Assembly (NCBI GenBank): GCA_035471625.1
Contig: DATIPT010000069.1
Span: 15,757 to 79,756 of the forward strand
Length of the DNA stretch: 64,000 nt
DNA from: Anaerolineales bacterium
Lineage (GTDB): Bacteria > Chloroflexota > Anaerolineae > Anaerolineales > E44-bin32
Direction: 5' to 3'
Shown here: positions 8,966 to 18,078 of the stretch, one piece after another
Layout of the letters: each line of letters starts with the position of its first letter
Position numbering within the stretch: the stretch's first letter is position 1
Position numbers and translations under genes: made by a program
The notes under the pieces: generated by a model
Told to the model about the DNA's origin: nothing
The model's database searches: none
Seen by the model: only the letters and a program-made list of their open reading frames with translations

Positions 8966-9526
8966 CTAGGCCGACAGAGCCTGGCGGGTCTTGCGCCAGA
9001 GCGAGTACGCCACCCCGAAGAGCGCCAGCCCGGCGAGGACGTTCAGCGCGCCGAAGATCAGGGGCAGGGCGATCCCGCTGAGCAACGGCCGGGCGAGCAG
9101 GACGACGCCGAGCAGAAGGGACAGGACGCCGACGATGAACGCCGTCGCCCCCTGGCCACGGACGGCGCGAACGATCTGCAGGATCCCGACGACGATGCCC
9201 AATGCGCCCAGCACCAGCACGAGGGCTGCCGGGAGAATCACGAGGCTGAGGGTCGGATGGCCGAGGACGATCAGGCCGGCGGCGATCCCCGCCAGACCCA
9301 CCAGCAAGGAGACCCCCCAGTTCCTTCGGTGCCCGGCGCTGAAGATCCCGGCGATGGCGAGCAGGCCAGACATCAACCAGTACAGACCCAGAAGGACCAG
9401 GACGAGTTCGAGGGCGGCTTGTGGGGCGCTCAGGAACATCAGGCCGACGAACACGGCGAAGACCCCCTCGAGGAACGGCATCCACCACAACATCGGATCG
9501 CCGGTCTTGACCATATCTTGGAACAT
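8966..9526 (-). CDS. HdeD/DUF308-family membrane protein (paralog of 5656..6192)
   Basis: ATG 9526 with a GGAGA upstream. 'LWWMPFLEGVFAVFVGLMFL' and 'LGLYWLMSGLLAIAGIF' are collinear with the other DUF308 protein. Confidence 0.75.
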   Translation of the reverse strand: MFQDMVKTGDPMLWWMPFLEGVFAVFVGLMFLSAPQAALELVLVLLGLYWLMSGLLAIAGIFSAGHRRNWGVSLLVGLAGIAAGLIVLGHPTLSLVILPAALVLVLGALGIVVGILQIVRAVRGQGATAFIVGVLSLLLGVVLLARPLLSGIALPLIFGALNVLAGLALFGVAYSLWRKTRQALSA

Positions 9527-9557
9527 CGTGTCTCCTGGCGTGTGGCGGCGCGAGGGC

Positions 9558-10073
9558 TCAGGCCTGAGTACCCACCTCAGCCGGCTCCTGTTCCGGTTGC
9601 CAGACGTCGGACGCCCGGTCGATGAAGAGGACTCCATCGAGGTGGTCGATCTCGTGCTGGAAGATGCGCGCCAGCCACCCGCGTGACTTCAACCGGAAGG
9701 GCCGCCCGTGGCGGTTGAGGCCGGTGACGGTCACCCACTCGTGCCGTTCGACGTCTCCCACATAGCCGGGGATCGAAAGACATCCCTCGACGCCCTCGAC
9801 CATCTCCGACGAGCGCCGGGTGATCTCGGGGTTGACGACCGCATAGAGCTTGCGCGGCCCGTCCGGATGGTCCTCGTCGAGCGGCCATTCGACGACGATG
9901 ACGCGTTGGCCGACGGCGATCTGAGGGGCCGCCAGGCCGACGCCAGGCGCCTCGCGCATCGTCTCGATCATGTCGTCGATCAACGCCTGCAGACCCGCGC
10001 TAAACGAGCGGACCTTGTGCGCCTTCTCGCGCAGCTTGGGATTCTCGAGGGTGATGATCGTTCGGGCGGTCAT
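9558..10073 (-). CDS. def: Peptide deformylase
   Basis: The three PDF motifs 'GVGLAAPQI', 'EGCLSIPG' and 'QHEIDHLDG'. ATG 10073 overlaps the upstream gene's stop (ATGA, 10070-10073). The track ORF extension to 10679 is rejected. Confidence 0.9.
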   Translation of the reverse strand: MTARTIITLENPKLREKAHKVRSFSAGLQALIDDMIETMREAPGVGLAAPQIAVGQRVIVVEWPLDEDHPDGPRKLYAVVNPEITRRSSEMVEGVEGCLSIPGYVGDVERHEWVTVTGLNRHGRPFRLKSRGWLARIFQHEIDHLDGVLFIDRASDVWQPEQEPAEVGTQA

Positions 10074-11704
10074 GGCGTATCGAGATCTGGCGTTTCGGGT
10101 GAGGGTGGCGCCGCTTGGTCGTGGTAGGCAGCCAGCCATTCTACCATCTCGTCCTGGCGTCGCTTGCGATCGTCCTGGAGCTTGCGGTCGACCAAGGCCT
10201 CCTGGGCGCGGACAATATCCTGCTGGGCGGCGGATGGGTTGAGGACGCCCTCGAATGTGAACGTCGCCGTCCCCACATTGGCGACGACGTCCCCAAAGTT
10301 CAACATGAGTCCGATCGGTCCGCGTCGGTCGACCTCGGTCCCGAGGATGTTTTCGAGCGGGGCCACCTTGCGGGTTTCCCGGCCCAGCGGCTTCTTGTGC
10401 AACGAGACGATGTGGGTCGGGGTGATCTGGTAGAGATCGTTGGCCCAGTCGGCGAACTCGTACAGGAGCCACAAGAAAGCGGCCACGGCGGAGCCGAGTA
10501 GCGCCGGATAGAAGAGCCGCGAAGCCGACAGGCCGATCCAGCCGGCGGCCGACCCAACCGCCAGACCCACGACCACGAGGAGCAGCAGACCTGGGAGGAG
10601 CAGGCGCCGGACCAAGACGGCCAGGTGCTTGCGGTAGGTAATGACTCCAGCCTCCTCGAATCTCGCTTCGAAGCTCCAATGGTCTAGGCCGGCGCGCAAG
10701 GGACCGCGACTCTCGTCGTCAGGGGGCGGGCGCAGCGGGCGGGTGGTCTCGGGAGGTGGGCCGGTCTCGAGGCGTTGGCGCAACGCCGACTGGATCGTCG
10801 CCCGGTCGGCCTGGAGGTTGTTCCGTTGCAGACGCTGGCTGAGCGCCTCGATCGTCGCGGCGAACGGCTCCGGGTGAGGCGTGTCACGGAACGTGATCGC
10901 GCCCGTGTAGGTGCGAACCTCGACATCGCCGAACCCGAGCTGACGACCCAGCAGACCCGACTGAATCTCGACCGACAGGATCATGCGCAGCGGGCTCTCC
11001 TGGCGGTTGTCGTACAACCCGATGACCTTCTCGAGCCAGATGACGCGCCGGTCGGTGGCGACGTAGTAGTCGTTGCGCCAATCCAGGGCGCGCCAGATCG
11101 CCCAACCGGCACCGAGCGCGAGCATCAGCGAACCGCCGAGGAGCGCCGCCGTCTGGGAGGCCAGGCCGCCGGTCGCCGCCGCGCCGAGGCCGGCCGACAC
11201 GAGGATCAACGGGAACAGCAGTCCGCGGGCGAGGACAGCCGGATGCCTGCGCGCCAGGGCGTGGATCACTTCTCCTTCAGCCAGCCAGGTGGGATTGAGG
11301 CGGGCCGAAAGACGCCGGGAGGCGGTCAGGAAATGAAGCCCGTCGATTGCCTCGGGGTGGGACTCGAGGAAGCGATCGAGGTCATCGGCAGGCCAGCGGT
11401 ACAAGGTCGCCGGTGTGGTCGCCCGCAGGGCCCAGGTCGGCGGCCGCGATGCCCGCCGGTGTTCCCCCAAGACGTCCCCGGGTCCGGCAAGGGTGAGTCG
11501 ACGAAGCTCTTGGCGTCGGCTGGCGTCGAGGATTTCGACCGACCCGTCCGCCAGGAACAACAAATCGCGCGAGGGGGTCCTCGGAGTAACGATCCACTGT
11601 CCCGCGCCGAATTCGACCGGCCGGAGGGAGATGCGCTCAAGTTCGGCGATGTCGACGCCGGCGAGAAACGGGGCCTGCTGAAGGAGATCGAGGCCGCGGT
11701 CCAT
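10070..11704 (-). CDS. Cyclic-nucleotide-binding domain protein fused to YdbT-like (bacterial PH domain) membrane module
   Basis: The N-terminal segment 'LLQQAPFLAGVDIAELERISLRPVEFGAGQWIV...LFLADGSVEI' is cNMP-binding-like. It is followed by TM pairs and repeated segments ('RRVIWLEKVIG...', 'YQITPTHIVSLHKKPLGRE') resembling bPH_2 repeats. Start taken at MDRGLD (11704). Confidence 0.7.
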   Translation of the reverse strand: MDRGLDLLQQAPFLAGVDIAELERISLRPVEFGAGQWIVTPRTPSRDLLFLADGSVEILDASRRQELRRLTLAGPGDVLGEHRRASRPPTWALRATTPATLYRWPADDLDRFLESHPEAIDGLHFLTASRRLSARLNPTWLAEGEVIHALARRHPAVLARGLLFPLILVSAGLGAAATGGLASQTAALLGGSLMLALGAGWAIWRALDWRNDYYVATDRRVIWLEKVIGLYDNRQESPLRMILSVEIQSGLLGRQLGFGDVEVRTYTGAITFRDTPHPEPFAATIEALSQRLQRNNLQADRATIQSALRQRLETGPPPETTRPLRPPPDDESRGPLRAGLDHWSFEARFEEAGVITYRKHLAVLVRRLLLPGLLLLVVVGLAVGSAAGWIGLSASRLFYPALLGSAVAAFLWLLYEFADWANDLYQITPTHIVSLHKKPLGRETRKVAPLENILGTEVDRRGPIGLMLNFGDVVANVGTATFTFEGVLNPSAAQQDIVRAQEALVDRKLQDDRKRRQDEMVEWLAAYHDQAAPPSPETPDLDTP

Positions 11705-11759
11705 CGGGCGTCGGTGATTGTAGCACGCAGGCCTTGTGTTCAAGCGCACCGCGCCCGAA

Positions 11760-11768
11760 TGCTATAAT
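11760..11768 (+). promoter_or_regulatory. Extended -10 element TGCTATAAT upstream of ftsK
   Basis: Exact TGnTATAAT, 22 nt upstream of the TTG start and 11 nt upstream of GGAGGA. Confidence 0.4.
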
Positions 11769-11789
11769 CCTCTTCTCCGGAGGATTTGC

Positions 11790-14162
11790 TTGGCGAAACG
11801 CAAAGCGCCATCCGGGCGAAAGGGCCGGAAATCCACGCGTTCCCGGCCCAGCGCATCCGGTACAACCTACCGGTCTCGGCGGCCTCCCCTCTTGGAGCGC
11901 CTGTCTCTCGATACCCTCGGCGGGCGCATCGCCGAGTTCGTGGCTTCCCACCGAACCGAGTTGATCGTCGGCGCTATCCTCATCCTGGCGGGGGTCAGCC
12001 TGGCGGCGCTCGTCGCTCCGGGTGGGTCTTCCCTGGCAGCGGCCTGGGCGGCGCTCTTGCGCGGGATGTTCGGGTGGGCGATCTACCTGATCCTGCTCCT
12101 GGGGATCCTGGCCGGGATCGGTTTCTTCCTACGACGGTTCGGGGTACGGCTTCCATCGGTGCGTGGTCGGCGGGTGGTGGGCGGGACGATGCTCCTGCTG
12201 GTCCTCGTGGCGGGGTTGCATGCGCTCGCCGGCGGGACCGATCCCACGATGGGTCGCTTCGCCGCCGCCGATGGGCGCGGGGGCGGCTACCTGGGGGAGT
12301 TCGTGTTGGGTGGTCTGACGGGGGCGCTGGGACTTGCCGGAGCTTGGGTCGTACTGCTGGTGATGGCGCTGGCCGGCGTGGCGCTGGCCCTCGACCTATC
12401 GCCCTCGGAAATCTTGGCGGCAGGGGCAGATACCGCCCGCCGGGCTGGAGAACAGCTGCCACGCCCGACGCGGCAGCGTGACGACAGGCCCCGTCCTCCC
12501 TTCGGGCGCCGTCAGGGTGCGACCGTTGGCCCCCCGGATCTTGGGCCTGTGCCGACGGGCAGTCGGGTTGCCGTCGATCCAGCGCCGGCAATCCCGGTGG
12601 CGATCGCAACTACGGCCCAGACATCGCGCCCCGCCTCAGCCCCGCTGGAGCCGGCTCCATCACCGGCACCACCACCAACGGTGTGGTCCCTGCCGACGGT
12701 CGAGGCGACTCTCGACAAGGGCGCCGTGGCCCGGGCCGATGATGAATTCGATCGGCAGCGTGCCCGACTCATCGAGGACACTCTGCTCTCCTTCGGCGCG
12801 CCGGTGCGCGTCGTCGAGATCAACCGGGGACCGACGATCACCCAGTTCGGGGTCGAGCCGGACTACACCGAAGGCCGCGCCGGTCGGCGGATGAAGGTCA
12901 AGGTCAGCAAGATCACGGCCCTGGCTGACGATCTGGCGCTGGCCCTGGCGGCGCCCTCGATCCGCGTGCAGGCGCCGGTGCCCGGCAAGGGCTTTGTTGG
13001 GATCGAGGTGCCAAACACCGAGATCCAGGTTGTGGCCCTGCGCGACGTGATGGAGGCTCCATCGTTCCAGAAGGTAACTTCGCGGCTACGCCTGGGGCTT
13101 GGTCAGGATGTCTCGGGAAGGGCGGTCGCCGCCGATCTGACGGCGATGCCGCACCTGCTGATCGCTGGAACGACCGGCTCGGGGAAGTCGGTGTGCGTCA
13201 ACGCCATCATCTCGTGCCTTCTGCTGCAGAACACGCCGGACGACCTGCGCTTCGTCATGGTCGACCCGAAGCGGGTCGAGTTGGCGCCGTACAACAACGT
13301 GCCGCACCTGATGGCGCCGGTCGTCGTCGAGTTGGAGCGGGTCGTCGGGGCGCTGCAGTGGGTGTCGCGCGAGATGAACGATCGCTACACACGTTTCTCC
13401 CAGGCCGGCGTCAGGAACATCGACGAGTACAACCGGCAACAGGAGGCCGCTGGTCAGAAGCGCCTGCCCTATCTCGTCCTAGTGATCGACGAGCTGGCCG
13501 ATCTGATGATGCTGGCGCCGGACGAGACCGAGCGAGTGATCACCCGGCTGGCGCAGCTGGCCCGGGCGACCGGGATCCACCTGATCATCGCCACCCAGCG
13601 ACCTTCCGTGGACGTCGTGACCGGTCTGATCAAGGCGAACTTCCCGGCCCGGATCGCCTTCGCCGTGGCGTCTTCGGTCGACAGCCGTGTCGTGCTGGAT
13701 CAGCCAGGCGCCGAGCGGTTGTTGGGCCGGGGGGACATGCTGTTCCAGGCCCCCGACAGCGCCGCTCCGCTGCGGATGCAGGGTGCCTATGTGTCGGAGC
13801 TCGAGCTGGCCAGGTTGCTCCAGCACTGGAAGGGCCAGGCGGTCGAGCGCGGCGTCGTGACCCCGCCCCTGGCCCCCAGCGCAATCCCGAGTGGGGTGAA
13901 GATGAAGCAAGGCGCGTTGTGGGACGACGACGGCGCCGAGGACGATGGCACTGATCCGCTGTATGACGAAGCGGTTGAGATCGTCCGGCGTATGCGACGG
14001 GCGTCGATCTCGCTCCTCCAGCGCCGCCTGCGGATCGGCTACACGCGTGCGGCGCGCCTGGTGGATCAGCTGGAGGAGAAGGGCATCATCGGGCCGGCGC
14101 AGTCCGGGTCGCAGGCGCGCGAAGTCCTCGACTTCGGCGAACTGGCCCCCTCGGCCGACTAG
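11790..14162 (+). CDS. ftsK: DNA translocase FtsK/SpoIIIE
   Basis: N-terminal TMs, Pro-rich linker, Walker A 'GTTGSGKSV', Walker B 'LVLVIDELADL', gamma wHTH 'ISLLQRRLRIGYTRAARLVDQLEEKGIIGP'. TTG 11790 is preferred because GGAGGA (11779-11784) precedes it and TGCTATAAT (11760-11768) would fall inside the ORF if ATG 11736 were used. Confidence 0.9.
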   Translation: MAKRKAPSGRKGRKSTRSRPSASGTTYRSRRPPLLERLSLDTLGGRIAEFVASHRTELIVGAILILAGVSLAALVAPGGSSLAAAWAALLRGMFGWAIYLILLLGILAGIGFFLRRFGVRLPSVRGRRVVGGTMLLLVLVAGLHALAGGTDPTMGRFAAADGRGGGYLGEFVLGGLTGALGLAGAWVVLLVMALAGVALALDLSPSEILAAGADTARRAGEQLPRPTRQRDDRPRPPFGRRQGATVGPPDLGPVPTGSRVAVDPAPAIPVAIATTAQTSRPASAPLEPAPSPAPPPTVWSLPTVEATLDKGAVARADDEFDRQRARLIEDTLLSFGAPVRVVEINRGPTITQFGVEPDYTEGRAGRRMKVKVSKITALADDLALALAAPSIRVQAPVPGKGFVGIEVPNTEIQVVALRDVMEAPSFQKVTSRLRLGLGQDVSGRAVAADLTAMPHLLIAGTTGSGKSVCVNAIISCLLLQNTPDDLRFVMVDPKRVELAPYNNVPHLMAPVVVELERVVGALQWVSREMNDRYTRFSQAGVRNIDEYNRQQEAAGQKRLPYLVLVIDELADLMMLAPDETERVITRLAQLARATGIHLIIATQRPSVDVVTGLIKANFPARIAFAVASSVDSRVVLDQPGAERLLGRGDMLFQAPDSAAPLRMQGAYVSELELARLLQHWKGQAVERGVVTPPLAPSAIPSGVKMKQGALWDDDGAEDDGTDPLYDEAVEIVRRMRRASISLLQRRLRIGYTRAARLVDQLEEKGIIGPAQSGSQAREVLDFGELAPSAD

Positions 14163-14166
14163 CCGC

Positions 14167-15135
14167 ATGGGCGGGCGCCTTCCTCGAAGCCCAGACGTGC
14201 GGCCGCGTCGATCAGCCCGATCGGGCTGCCTGGCGATCTCGATCCTGGCTGCGGCCGTTGCCGTCGTCGCTTGCGGGCGGCCGGCGCCGACAACGGTCGT
14301 CCCGACCGAGCCGGCCCCGGCGACCGCCGTCGTCCCGATTGAGCCAACCCCGTTTCCGTGGATTCTGATCGGCGAGGGCGTGGACTCCGCCGTCGTCGAT
14401 GCCGTGTCCGGCTGGGCGGCCGACATGGGAATGGACGCCCAGGTCGGGTCTCCGGGCGCCGTCGATCCGGATGGGTTGATGGCCGCGGTTGGGGCGGAAG
14501 CCGAGCTGGCTTCCGTGGCTGATGCGTGGTCAGACGAAGGGGTCCTGCTGGTCGTCCTCGAGCCGGCCATGATGCGCCCCGGACCGATCGTCAGCACGAT
14601 CGGCCCTGAGACGCGCCTGGATCAGGCCGGATTCCTGGCGGGGCTGGCCGCCGGTTATGCGACGAAGTTCGGGGGGGTTGGCCTTGTGGGCGGTGAAGAC
14701 GGATCGGCCTTCGCCTCGGGTTTCGGCGAAGGCCTGCGCTACGCGTGCCCGCGTTGCCGGCTTGAGTCGGTCTCGGATCCGGCGGCAGTTCCCTTCGGCG
14801 TCGATGTGCTCGTCGTTCCGCCGGCAACGGACGTGCCCACCGGCCAAGCCGGCCCGGGGGAGGTCTGGCTGGTCCTGACCGGGTCGGCGGCACCGGAAGC
14901 GTCGCAGCCGGTGGCAGCGCGAGTGGCCCTGGTGCCTGAGACCCTCGTCCTGGCGGCGCTGGAAGCTCTGACCAACGGGGAAGCCGGCCACGCGTGGGAG
15001 TACGGGGCCGAGAACGGTGGGCTGCAAATCACGGAGCTGGATCCGGAGGCCATCAGCCCGGGGCGAGAGCGCCTGATGCGTGAGGCGGAACTCGGGTTGC
15101 GCTTGGGGCAACTGGTTGTCGGGGGCGGAGAATGA
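14167..15135 (+). CDS. BMP-family (PnrA/Med-like) lipoprotein, divergent
   Basis: Signal/lipobox 'AAVAVVAC'. 'LDQAGFLAGLAAGYATKFGGVGLVGGEDGSAFASGFGEGLRYACP' resembles the BMP-family core. More divergent than the next gene. Confidence 0.6.
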   Translation: MGGRLPRSPDVRPRRSARSGCLAISILAAAVAVVACGRPAPTTVVPTEPAPATAVVPIEPTPFPWILIGEGVDSAVVDAVSGWAADMGMDAQVGSPGAVDPDGLMAAVGAEAELASVADAWSDEGVLLVVLEPAMMRPGPIVSTIGPETRLDQAGFLAGLAAGYATKFGGVGLVGGEDGSAFASGFGEGLRYACPRCRLESVSDPAAVPFGVDVLVVPPATDVPTGQAGPGEVWLVLTGSAAPEASQPVAARVALVPETLVLAALEALTNGEAGHAWEYGAENGGLQITELDPEAISPGRERLMREAELGLRLGQLVVGGGE

Positions 15136-15327
15136 CGCCCCGTTTGCGCCGCCATAGGACTCGTGCTATCATGCCTCCACCGGTCGGTCGGTACCGACCA
15201 GGAACCGGCCGCGCGCCGGAACGAAAGGGGTGATCGCGGGCCGAACCTTGGACGACGACGACCACCTCGGAATGAACACCTTCCCTGCGTGTCGATCTTC
15301 AAACCTCATTCCTAAGGAGACGAAGAC

Positions 15328-16347
15328 ATGAAGAAGACGTACGCCGTGTTATCGCTGCTGCTGGTTGCCTCGTTCGCCTTGGCGGCCTGCGCCGGCGCCG
15401 CCCCCGGCGCCGAGTTCAAGGCCTGCCAGGTGACCGACACCGGCGGCATTGATGACAAGTCCTTCAACCAGACGGCCTGGAAGGGCGTCGAGGACGCCGT
15501 CGCCGAGCTGGGGATCGAGGGCAAGTTCCTCGAGTCGCAGCAGCAAACCGACTACGAGAAGAACATCAACGCCTTCATCGAGGAAGGCTGCGACATCATC
15601 GTCACCGTGGGCTTCCTGCTCGGTGATGCGACCGCCGCCGGGGCCACCGCGAATCCCGAGGTGAACTTCTCGATCGTCGACTTCGCCTACGATCCGATCG
15701 TCCCGAACATCCTCGGACAGGTCTTCAGCACCAACGAAGCGGCCTTCCTGGCCGGCTACGCCGCCGCCGCTACCACCCAGACTGGCAAGGTCGGGACGTT
15801 CGGCGGCATCCAGATCCCGCCGGTGACCGTCTTCATGGACGGCTTCTCTCTGGGCGTGGATTACTACAACCAGCAGCACGGGACGGCCGTCGAGGTCCTC
15901 GGTTGGGATCCGGCGACGCAGACCGGCCTGTTCACCGGGAACTTCGAGAGCACCGATGACGGCCGCGCCATGGGCGAGAGCCTGATGGACGAAGGCGCCG
16001 ACATCATCATGCCGGTGGCCGGCCCGGTGGGGCTGGGAACCGCGGCTGCCGTTCAGGAGCGCGGTAATGCCTGGATCGTCGGCGTCGACAACGACTGGGC
16101 GATCGTGAACTCCGAGTATGCCGCAGTGATCCTGACCTCCGTGTTGAAGAACATGGACGTCACGACCCTGGCGGCCATCAGGGCGGTGGTCGACGGCACC
16201 TTCCAGGGTGGCGTTACCGTCGGCACGCTGGCCAACGGCGGCGTCGGGCTGGCCCCGCTGACGGGACCAGTTCCGGACGGCCTGCAGGCTGAGCTCGACC
16301 AGGTCAAGGCCGACATCATCGCCGGCACCATCGCCACCTCTCCGTAG
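15328..16347 (+). CDS. BMP-family ABC transporter substrate-binding lipoprotein (nucleoside-type)
   Basis: Lipobox 'LAAC'. 'DTGGIDDKSFNQTAWKGVEDA', 'EAAFLAGYAAA' and 'GKVGTFGGIQIPPV' are typical BMP/PnrA motifs. RBS AAGGAGA upstream. Confidence 0.85.
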   Translation: MKKTYAVLSLLLVASFALAACAGAAPGAEFKACQVTDTGGIDDKSFNQTAWKGVEDAVAELGIEGKFLESQQQTDYEKNINAFIEEGCDIIVTVGFLLGDATAAGATANPEVNFSIVDFAYDPIVPNILGQVFSTNEAAFLAGYAAAATTQTGKVGTFGGIQIPPVTVFMDGFSLGVDYYNQQHGTAVEVLGWDPATQTGLFTGNFESTDDGRAMGESLMDEGADIIMPVAGPVGLGTAAAVQERGNAWIVGVDNDWAIVNSEYAAVILTSVLKNMDVTTLAAIRAVVDGTFQGGVTVGTLANGGVGLAPLTGPVPDGLQAELDQVKADIIAGTIATSP

Positions 16348-16373
16348 TTCGAGACTCGCGCAAGGGACTCCCA

Positions 16374-16406
16374 CAGGGGCCGGCACAAGCCGGCCCCTGT
16401 CCTTTA
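16374..16406 (+). terminator. Intra-operon hairpin/attenuator between the BMP binding-protein gene and the ABC ATPase gene
   Basis: CAGGGGCCGGC-ACAA-GCCGGCCCCTG (11-bp stem) followed by TCCTTTA. Confidence 0.5.
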
Positions 16407-16505
16407 GGGCGGGGCGCCCGTGGGCCTGGCGCTTGCGCCCATGTGCATGATGCATGGTAGAATGGCCGTCCGTCCCCCCCCGCACCGCAGGCATCAGGAG
16501 TCGAT

Positions 16506-18065
16506 ATGGCGCCGATCCTTGAGCTACGCGGCATCACCAAGCGCTTCCCCGGAACTCTGGCCAACGACCATATCGATCTGACCCTCGAACAAGGCGAGAT
16601 CCACGCCCTGCTCGGCGAAAACGGTGCCGGCAAGACGACGCTGATGAACGTCTTGTACGGCCTGTACCAGCCCGACGAGGGCGAGATCTTCGTCCGCGGC
16701 AAGAAGCTCGAGATCCATTCTTCGATCGACGCGATCCGGGCCGGGGTCGGGATGGTCCATCAGCATTTCATGCTGATCCCCGTCTTCACCGTCACTGAGA
16801 ATGTGATGCTCGGTCAGGAAATGTTGCGGAGCGCCGTCTTCCTCGATCGGAAGGCCGCCGCCGAACGCGTGCGGGAGATCTCACAGGCCCACGGGCTCGA
16901 AGTCGATCCGGACGCCTACGTCAAGGATCTGCCGGTCGGCGTCCAGCAACGGGTCGAAATCGTCAAGCTGCTCTACCGGCAGGCCGACATCCTGATCCTC
17001 GATGAGCCCACGGCGGTCCTCACCCCCCAGGAGAGCAATGAGCTCTTCAAGGTGATGCGCTCGCTGGTCGCCGAGGGGAAGTCGATCATCTTCATCACGC
17101 ACAAACTGCGCGAAGTCCTGGCCGTCGCCGACCGGATCACGGTGCTGCGTCGGGGGGCGGTCGTAGGTTCGACCTCGCCGGCCAAGGCCGACCGGTCCAA
17201 GCTGGCCGAGATGATGGTCGGTCGCGCCGTCCAGCTCGAAGTCACCAAAGAGTCGCGTCCTGTCGGTGAGCTCGTCTTGGAAGTAGCCGATCTCGTGGCG
17301 CTCGACGAGCGACGGCATGTGTCCGTCGATGGGATCAGCCTGGAGGTGCGGGAGGGTGAGATCCTGGGGATCGCCGGCGTTCAGGGCAACGGCCAGACCG
17401 AACTGGTCGAAGTCGTCACGGGACTGCGCCGCGCCGTCTCGGGCCACGTCCGCATCCTGGGCAAGGATGTCATCGGCGCTTCGCCTCGAGCGATCACGGA
17501 GCTCGGGACGGCGCATGTCCCCGAGGACCGGCAGCGCGACGGCCTGGTGCTGTCGTATTCGGTGGCCGACAATCTGGTCCTGCAGACCTACTACTTGGCG
17601 CCGCATGCTCGCGGCGTGACGCTCCGCCCGGAGGCAATCAACACCGCCGCCGAGAAGCTGATCTCGGAGTTCGACATTCGGACGCCGAGCTCCCAGGCGA
17701 CGGCCGGATCGCTCTCCGGAGGCAATCAGCAGAAGGTCATCGTGGCTCGGGAGTTCTCGCGGCCGATCCGGCTCCTGGTCGCTTCCCAGCCGACCCGGGG
17801 ATTGGACGTCGGATCGATCGAGTATATCCATCAGCGGATCCTGGAGAAGCGGGAGCAAGGGACTGCGGTGCTCCTGGTGTCTCCCGAGTTGGATGAAGTC
17901 CTCCAACTCTCCGACCGGATCGCCGTCATGTACCGGGGACACCTGGTGGCGACGGTCGAGGCCGATCGGGTCACCAAGGAGCAGGTCGGGCTGATGATGG
18001 CCGGGATCGTCCCGGAGGGATTGGAAGCCCAGGCCAAAGTCCGCACGGTCGAAGCCACGTTGTAG
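16506..18065 (+). CDS. ABC transporter ATP-binding protein, duplicated ATPase (nucleoside/sugar type)
   Basis: Walker A 'GENGAGKTT', a Q-loop, Walker B 'ILILDEPT', a second-domain 'LSGGNQQKV' signature and 'LLVASQPTRGLDV'. Confidence 0.9.
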   Translation: MAPILELRGITKRFPGTLANDHIDLTLEQGEIHALLGENGAGKTTLMNVLYGLYQPDEGEIFVRGKKLEIHSSIDAIRAGVGMVHQHFMLIPVFTVTENVMLGQEMLRSAVFLDRKAAAERVREISQAHGLEVDPDAYVKDLPVGVQQRVEIVKLLYRQADILILDEPTAVLTPQESNELFKVMRSLVAEGKSIIFITHKLREVLAVADRITVLRRGAVVGSTSPAKADRSKLAEMMVGRAVQLEVTKESRPVGELVLEVADLVALDERRHVSVDGISLEVREGEILGIAGVQGNGQTELVEVVTGLRRAVSGHVRILGKDVIGASPRAITELGTAHVPEDRQRDGLVLSYSVADNLVLQTYYLAPHARGVTLRPEAINTAAEKLISEFDIRTPSSQATAGSLSGGNQQKVIVAREFSRPIRLLVASQPTRGLDVGSIEYIHQRILEKREQGTAVLLVSPELDEVLQLSDRIAVMYRGHLVATVEADRVTKEQVGLMMAGIVPEGLEAQAKVRTVEATL

Positions 18066-18078
18066 CGAGGGCGCCGTC

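Noticed and set aside
10074-10679. Upstream extension of the def ORF (373-aa track entry)
   Set aside because: It overlaps the 3' part of the cNMP/bPH gene in another frame. Its composition is Arg/Pro/Gly-rich, and PDF homology begins at MTARTII.
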